Source: Polymyxa betae A26-41
Lineage: Eukaryota > Protista > Endomyxa: Phytomyxea
Length of the DNA: 64,000 nucleotides
Direction of reading: 5' to 3'
NCBI GenBank assembly: GCA_003693705.1
Contig: RBZT01000435.1
Location: 124,001 to 188,000 of the forward strand
The translations under genes were made by a program, and so were the position numbers. The notes beneath the pieces were generated by a model. The model was not told the DNA's origin and did not search any database. It saw only the letters and a program-made list of their open reading frames with translations. The first letter of the stretch is position 1. Every line of letters starts with the position of its first letter. Of this stretch, positions 56,073 through 64,000 are shown piece by piece.

Positions 56073-59000
56073 TTAAAGTTTTGGCTTCGTTTGCACCTGC
56101 AGCCCTGTAGCTACTTGCCGTCTTCGGATGCCGAACAAAGCGAATGCAATCAAAGATCCTGCAGCCACCAGACTGGCAACAGTTATCACAACAATACCTG
56201 TAGCAGATGATGCGAATTTTGCATCGACCAGATTACTATCCTCTCCCTGAATAATGGCAGAGCTAACGCCAATATGAGTTATAGATACGATCAGCGCTCA
56301 GTATCATTTACTCTGGAAGATGATTAGAGGGTGATGGGGACGTGAGAGTTGGCGCCTGTGGTAGAAAGCTTAGATACATTTTAACGTGGATTTAACTCGT
56401 TCTATACCGAAGAGCTAGCTAACTGAGCTGAACTCGAGGTAACGGGTTGATCCTGTTTGAATGTCAGATAACAGTTCGAAAATGCCTCAAAAGCTGACAG
56501 AATTCAGAAAAGATGCAGGTGGAGTCGGGAGAGGAACAGGAGCAGTGCGGACAACATCAAAATCAGTATTGTCCAATGAGCAGAAGTGTGCATTATTCTG
56601 GCTGACCGTGCAACTGGATTCAATCACGATTTTATAGTTACTGGGAGACACTAATGTGATTCCTTTACGAGTAAAAGAGCGTTTCGGCGCCTGAAAAGGA
56701 TCCCAAAACCCTCCCCCCAGACTATCTTCATTTTGCTGAACAACTTGGACGTAAAGAACATTGATTTCTGGATCGAAATAATATCCATCGGCAGTTGGTA
56801 CGGCCTTTAGAGATGCCAGCGATGGCATTTGTTGATACTGGTGCGAGCATAGTGTCCACTGGGATGGCCAACACCATGACGCTGCCATTCCCATAACTGT
56901 AAAACTTGAACCTGTTGGGTAAGGCGCAGCTAATAACATTGTAGCACCAGGTGCTCCGTCATAATTCATTAATTGAATGTTAGAAATTGTTAGAGTTTTT
57001 GGAGCTCCGCTCTGATAGCGAATGTACCAACCGTCGCCTAATTCGTGATCCACTCGACCGGTTACTTTTGGATTAGCAGTCATTGCGAGTCCATTTTTCA
57101 GACTGGAGCGGTATATGTGATTTGCATAGCCTATGGCAGGGCATGGAAGTCCCCAACCGTTGCTGCACTGGGTTGATCCAACAGTCGATGTCAATGTCGG
57201 GTCAGCTTCTATAGTCATCGAAGCCGTTGCTGTAGGAGGATCACATTCCCACATGTCCATATTGCCTGGGGCAGAAACACAGCTACGGTTGTCGAGCTTC
57301 CACCAATCCAGTGCCAGGCTTGATCCCATCACGGTTGGCACATTCCGAAGAGAGGCACTTCCGTCTACATCGCGCCAATTCTGGGAACGCCCAGAGACTG
57401 TGGTTCCCAGATCTCGGGTGGCATAGTTCCATAACCGGCTGGTGTCGCAATTCTGGTAAACAACTCCAGAAGTTGCCTGCATCTGATGAGCTGTCAAACG
57501 AAGTCAAGAAATCAATAATCACGTCAAGCCATACGATTTCAGGGATAAATTGATCGGAATGCGAAAGTAAAGACCATGGAGCAGCAGTGCATTCGCCATT
57601 CAAACACTGACTCCATTTACTATGGCAATTACGGAAAGTAACATTTGTAACAATATGCTTCTGCCCTAAAAATCCAGTATGAGCATTGCTGATTCAACAA
57701 CGGTTCGCTTTGATTGGTTGTCCATTACCTACATCATACCACTCGAAGCCCAAATAGGCCTGCAAAGTCATTTCAACATAACACGACCCTATAGCAAGAT
57801 AGCGTTACCATCCAAAAATACCAATCACGTGAGGCGCAATTCCACCACGTTGAAGATGTTGGACAACCGTTAACAAATTTTGGAATGTTGCTTGTTCGGC
57901 AGATAGCCAGCATCTGGTCAACCCAAACAGTTCCGAAAGCATTTGCTGCCTTGCCGCAGTCATGGCCTTCGAATTTCACCAGTTCAACTCTGGAACCCCA
58001 ATGCATAAGACCGCGATTGGCTATGTTTCAATAAGGCACTTGATTGAAGACACGACTTTAATCTAACCAAGAAAGGCTTTCGTGTTAGTGAACCTCATCC
58101 ATGAGTGATCAGAAATCTGACATCCCCAAGGTTGTAATTCCTGATTGCATGTATCCCGCCCTGCCACGAATCTTCCCGGATTATAATGAAGGACACCGTT
58201 GTTGCTCAGATCGTGCTCGAAATAGCCTCCGATGTAAAATGCAGCGCCATTTCCCCACCAGTATCCCGTTGAATGAGCGCTGTTCCCATCGAAACGTTTC
58301 AATGGTCGATCCATCGGAGGGGTCATGACAACATCGCGATGTTGTAAAATAGGTTTGGGAAGCCCAGGAAATGAGAATCCACTCCAACCTCCACTTGCAG
58401 CGTTGCCAATGAAGGTATTATATGCGTTAGTAATGTAGAATGCACTAGCTGCTAAATCTGTGGGAACCAACAGACTGGGGCTCGCAACAGTCCAGTCTAA
58501 TACTTGTTGCCAAAAATAGTCTTGGTTAGTTAACGCCATCGAATGTATAAATGCTCCTAAATTGTACTCAAAAACGTTATTCTCTTCGACTCCGTCTTCT
58601 ATATAGTAACAGTTTCCAGTGACATCATAAGCAACATCTGTATTGGACAGGGTCATTTCGAAATAACAAGCCGCATGATTCGAATGGCTTACTGTTTGAG
58701 ACCAAACTATAATGGCTTCCGTGAATTGAAACACAGCGATAAAAGCTGCTATGAATTGAAGAATAACGAATCCAGCTGCTAGCTGCGCCACTTCCCAGCA
58801 TATGTAAATGGAATGGATATCTCGCCATCACGTTCGTTTGGCCTGCAGCCTCTTAAACGCAATCACAGCTGATAACGGAAATATCCAGACCCATATGATA
58901 GAATTCAACAGCAGTTACTCTCCCAATGCCCGTTGTATCGATCATGACATGACCTCCATATCCAGAAGGAAAATAACAGGGATGCGTACTTGTTGAAGTT

Positions 59001-59962
59001 GCATCTGTGCAAACTGCACTTCCCGAATGTGGATCTATACTATTATCGTCGCCCATTATGACCATTCTGCGGGAGAGCATGGCGACTTCAGCTTGATATT
59101 CCTTATCAGCAAAATGAATCCATTTCAAAGCGGTCACCAACTTGATAACGGAAATATTTGGGCCCAAATGTGGCGCCGTGTTTACAGCTGCGATAGTAGC
59201 GACGTCATTTCGGTTAAAGTCGAGGCTGTCTTTCACGTTGGTCGTTGTAATCATGACAGTTTGACCAGGCTCCCAATTCACATTATCCTGGATGTAGATA
59301 AGCGTGTCTCCAGCAGAAGCTGTTCTTGCCAATCTGGTCCAAGATGGAGCATATATAACGCTATGCATGTCCAATGTTCCAGTGACATGGATTCCTTTAA
59401 CAGTTGGAGATACAGGCAGCGATGATGGGCGACTACCATGGAGAACGATATTAATGTAGCTTGATAATGGGCACGATTCGGTCCCTATAATTAAGGAACC
59501 AGCGACTTTAATACCCATAGTATGAAGGGTGGTGTTTGCATCTGCGAAGATCAAGGAGGATCCTAAAGGGATTGTGATGTATCCATAAACTGAAGAAGCA
59601 AGGGCGCCGCTGTTAATTAGCACAGAAGCATTGCTTGGGATAGTAATTGGCACCGACGGATTAGCTATTGGAACAGACAAGCCCGGCCAAGTATTGGGAT
59701 TGGACCAATGCAACAGACCTTGTGCAGAATAAGGACAGTTATGTCTCTGGGAGTTATTGAAGTCGGTTCGGGATACATCTGGTCGTGGAAGGGTGACGAC
59801 TTCACTCCAATGGTTTTGAACGTAGACAGACGAGACTGTATTGGATGGGTTAATGGGCGTATTAGCAAATGAAGGTAATGGAGAGGCCGCAGACAGACTG
59901 CATGGCGTCAATTGCAGTAACGATAATACTGACAGGCTGATGACTGCGCTGATGGCATTCAT
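56073..59962 (-). CDS. G8-domain, beta-helix-repeat type I membrane protein (TMEM2/CEMIP/fibrocystin-like superfamily)
   Basis: Signal peptide, G8 domain (HWSNPNTWP...ITIPLGSSLIF...GSLIIGTESCP), GGHVM, GQTNVMARYPFHLH, FYRCVSIHG, YIEDGVEENN, GNAASGG, C-terminal TM followed by RRR. Confidence 0.9.
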
Positions 59963-60593
59963 GAGGGGATTCTCAATCAGTGCAACTGATGGAGCTCGTT
60001 CGTACACGATTGATTGAGCCGATCGTGCACTTCCCCAAATTATGGTCATGATGCCGCCTTTTCAGCAAACGGGTACCTTTTGAGTTTTGACTGATGTACG
60101 CTGTGTCATCAATTGGTATGCAACATGTCTGAACAATCTCGACAACGCCGATCACGATCGAAAGTAATCTCCGTTTAATTCTATTAGGATGTATTCGCTC
60201 TTGACTAAATAACCTGAATCGTTTGTGGAAGCATTATTCAAATGGGATTGCGTAGAAGAATGGCACGAACGAATCGCAAACGATTCTGTTACTCAAACCC
60301 ATCGTGATTTGAAACGTTTCTTTTCGCATCGTGTCAATTTAATGGCTTGAATAGTTCAATCATAATAAATTTTTATGTATGTCCGACCAAGCTGAGCTGT
60401 TCATATCGCAATGACTATCTATCTCTAATAAAAGGTCAAACTAAACATGATGTGAAGTTGTCAAAAAGTGGCGCGAAGCAGCGCCGGGCGCCGGGGTTCC
60501 CCCCTTGGGGCCATTATGTGCCCCATCTCATGATAACCTACGGTGATCTTCTCCATTAGTCAGATTAGGACAGCTTAGCCAAGGGTCAAATCA

Positions 60594-60848
60594 ATGCCGC
60601 AAGAAGAGCGTGTCGGGGATGATGCCGATGACCCCGATCGTGAATACGAAATCGACCGGATCGTCGACTCGAAACTCGTGAAGGGATCGCTGTATTATCT
60701 GGTGCATTGGCAGGGATATGCTGAGGCAGATCGCACATGGGAGCCAGCAGAGAACATCGCACATGTCATGTGCGTTATCGAGGAATATCAAGATCGAGTC
60801 AAAGAGCGAATCATCACACGAATCAACTCCAATCAGATCGCTACATGA
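60594..60848 (+). CDS. Stand-alone chromodomain protein (84 aa)
   Basis: EYEIDRIVDSK...YYLVHWQGY...RTWEPAENI. Confidence 0.8.
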   Translation: MPQEERVGDDADDPDREYEIDRIVDSKLVKGSLYYLVHWQGYAEADRTWEPAENIAHVMCVIEEYQDRVKERIITRINSNQIAT

Positions 60849-60879
60849 TCTTTCTAATTCAGTTTACAATATGTTAAAT

Positions 60880-63021
60880 TTATACAATCTTCTGACGAGA
60901 AGGTTTCTCTTCAGTGCTTGCTGAGCCTAAAGACCTTTTGATGCCGAGCTTAGGCGCCACCTCAGGAAGCCAGACACGCTCGATCTCGGTCAGCGTCCTC
61001 ATATAAGTCTTGGTCGTGTACACCAATTCGGTGAAGATTACGGCTGCTGGACGAGGCTTTCTGGGGAACAACGATGAGGTCGGATGTAAATAGACAATGT
61101 TGTTGTTGTGTGTCTTATAGGAGCCGTCAGGCTGTAAAACAGCCGAATTCAGAAACAGACCACTGCATAAACATCGTCGAATTCGTTCATGTAAATCGCC
61201 GGCTTCATCCGGGTCGACATCATCGCCCACATTCAAATTAAGCTGCTTGATTGCGATTACCAATTGCTTCCGAATCGAAAGCGCCTTCTGTACAGAACGA
61301 TGGTTGACGAAGTTGTTTGAGCACCACCGCGAATCGAATGATGCCTCTCTAGCGGCATTGAACACGTTTAAGAGCATGATATGATCGCCAGATCCCGAAG
61401 AGAAGCGAATTCGGGCGGCATCAGCGACTTCTCGCTCCGACTGTTTCGGTTGAAAGAACACCGCATCACTCGACAACATCGCCACGATCGTCAGGATCGA
61501 CGACGTGCACGAGAAGGACGCCGAAGCGAGCAAGACTTTAGCAAACACAGGCTCGAGTGGCAGGCGAGACATCTTCCGTCCAATCGCCGTTAGTCGACCT
61601 GCTTTGTCGACAGCGTTAAGCTCATACAGGTGCATAAGCGCCTGGACCAAGGTTTCGGTATCCGGGCGGTCCATGAAATCGAATCCCAAAATATCATCGA
61701 TGCCAAGCACTTTCAGCTGGAGAACGACGGCAGCCAGATTACATCGGCGGATCTCAGGCACACCGACATCGGACAAACCCTCGTATGACTCTTCGGTATA
61801 CAATCGGTAGCAGAATCCGGCCTGCTGTCGTCCAGCACGACCGGCACGCTGACACGCCTCGCTCTTGGCAATCGGACTTGGAACCAGCGATTCAATTCCG
61901 GTCGCCGAATGGAACGTCTTCTTTTTCGCCAGGCCACAATCAATTACATATCTGAAAGAAATTAGAATATGAATGAAAGGATCTGTTCAAGATTCTTACT
62001 TGACGCCATCGATAGTTAGCGAGGTTTCAGCGATATTGGTCGCCAGAATAATTTTGCGAACTCCTGGAGGCGTTGGCTCGAAGACGGCCAGCTGCTGCTG
62101 TTGTGGCAGAGCGGCATAGATCGGACAGACGATGACAGGGCGATCGGCGCCCAGCAGTTTCGCATGAGATACGACCTGCTCACGCAGCAATTCGATCTCT
62201 TCCTGGCCGGTTAGGAAGCATAAGATATCGCCATCGATGGGATGATCCATATGAGTTTGAAGAATAGCAATCAAAGATGCATCAAGAAAATCGGGTTCAG
62301 GTTCTCGAAGATATCGAATCGAAACCGGGAACGTTCGCCCTTTGACGACCTCGATCGGGCAGCCGCCAAGAAAATGCGAGAATTTCGACGCTTCGATCGT
62401 GGCCGACATGCAGATTACTTTCAGCGGATGAGCGGTCGACACCCGATGCGCCTGAGCTCGTTTCACCAACGCCAGCAGAACATCGGTGTGTACGGTTCGT
62501 TCGTGGGCCTCGTCGATGATAACGACCGAATATCGTTTGAGGCGTGGATCGGCGATGCATTCCTGCAAAAGGATACCATCGGTAGCGAACTTCAGCTTGG
62601 TTTGACGGCTGCACTTATCATCGAATCGAATCTGATAGCCGACCAGGTTGCCGAGTTTCGTTCCGATTTCGTTGGCAACGCGCTGGGCCACTGTAATAGC
62701 AGCGACTCGCCGTGGCTGAGTGACGACCACCATCTTGCCGTTCGGCACCAGACCGGCTTCAACGACATACTGTGGAAGCTGCGTCGTCTTACCAGAACCC
62801 GTCTCACCAACTAAAACCAGGCTGTTGTTCGCCTGAATCAATTCAATGAGCTTATCTCGGCTCTGGAAAATCGGCAGTTTTCGTCGTTGCTGATCGAGCT
62901 GTTGCCGGGAGAACTTCGAAGCCGGTTTATTCGTCTTCGACGAGTCATGATTGAATTCGACGACCTTGTTGTTGCGATCGTCGGCGATTCTGGGTGGAGC
63001 GTCGGCGACGGGCATCCCCAT
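60880..63021 (-). CDS. DHX33: DEAH-box RNA helicase, DHX33/Dhr2-like (start may lie in an upstream exon)
   Basis: [71 protein letters not shown]2/OB-fold C-terminus; no S1 domain. Confidence 0.8.
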
Positions 63022-64000
63022 TGAGGGATGCTTTTCCAGAATCACTTCAGGTCAGAAAAGGATTTCGTCTTGATGGCTGCGGACTCCGTACGCATTCGAC
63101 CTACGTTTGGATCCAGCTGTCGACATCCAGAGCCCGGATCAAAATCGAACATGACGAACACCGCCCTACAGCCAATACAACGAAACATACAGGCAACTAA
63201 GCGTGCAAGTTCAAGAGTCGATTCCGCCATAAAATCCCACGGCTTTCGGATTCGGAACGACATATGGGCCGGCGATCTCTACCTGCATGGCAAGCCGAGC
63301 ACCTTGGCAGTCTGCCGATTTCACCGATCAGGACGCCGTCTCGCAGACGTCGACGATAGAGAGAGAGATCGACTTTGTGCCACTCCAAAGCCAGACCAAC
63401 AGTGCAGTGGAAAAGTTGTGCGTTAGTGGGCTCAGCCTCTTCCCCTTCTGACCCCCCTTTGGCCCTTTCCCTTCAACAATCTTCATTTCTGTATAGCTGC
63501 TGGCTCTAGATTCTTGAACTAGACCGGCACAGGAAGTCCCGAACCTCGGCCCGACGACTGCCTGCACAGCAGGGGCCAGCGCGCGTCAATTCGTCATTGT
63601 CGGTCCCGGGCGACGATGGGCGAAAGGTACCAGCAGCAGGCCCATGTTCTGCAGCAGCAGCCGGTGCCGCCCAGGGCCGGTTTCCGTGCGCCGACGTAAT
63701 TCTTGCTTGGGGTTGGTTTCCGGATAAATTAAGCGTTCGTTAGGAGCTCGTCTGCGGCTGCTAATGTCTATCAACAGCAACCGGTGATCTCGCAGCCGAG
63801 CCCTATTCGTAAATCCTGAAACGCTTTCTCTTCTTCTCAACTAACCATGCTTAGGAGGCGCTGCATTTGGGCAAATGGATATTCAGCCGCCTCTTCGTAC
63901 GCGATCGACGCCGCCGTCGGCTGACACGTTTCAACAGCCGCGATTCACACCGCATAAATCGACCGGACCGACGTTAGTCCCAACGGCGCCGGTCTATAAT

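Noticed and set aside
63030-64000. Short ORFs at the window end
   Set aside because: No motif or consistent exon chain; may be DHX33 5' exons/UTR or part of a gene outside the window.

Overview
Gene-dense eukaryotic nuclear DNA with about 35 protein-coding genes in 64 kb. Most are split by short (about 35-60 nt) GT-AG introns, and convergent genes are often only 20-70 bp apart. The compact layout, a ciliary Rab28 and CCCTAAAA-type repeats fit a flagellated protist, tentatively a plasmodiophorid; this is inference only. Recognisable genes: PPR protein, LisH/CTLH-WD40, Mog1, Spt5, SNM1/Artemis-type nuclease, Atp23, Ino80, uL11m, HEATR3/Syo1, Rab28, SART1, SRP19, RNase H2C, a Cys-type SelenoF absent from the ORF track, DCTPP1, FHA-RING ligase, RCC1-repeat protein, REEP/HVA22, DHX8, ferrochelatase, RPAIN, TSR3, a G8-domain surface protein, a stand-alone chromodomain and DHX33. 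The most unusual feature is one minus-strand gene (20469-23792) joining a myosin-TH1-like domain, a PH domain split by an RGS plus FYVE insert, another PH domain and a class III adenylyl cyclase domain with a D-to-N change at a metal ligand. There is also a candidate ~290-nt structured ncRNA (51580-51870), a 14-Cys secreted protein and an IQ-pseudokinase. No rRNA, tRNA, CRISPR or intact transposon was recognised. Exon structures and family calls were made by eye; coordinates of multi-exon genes include introns.
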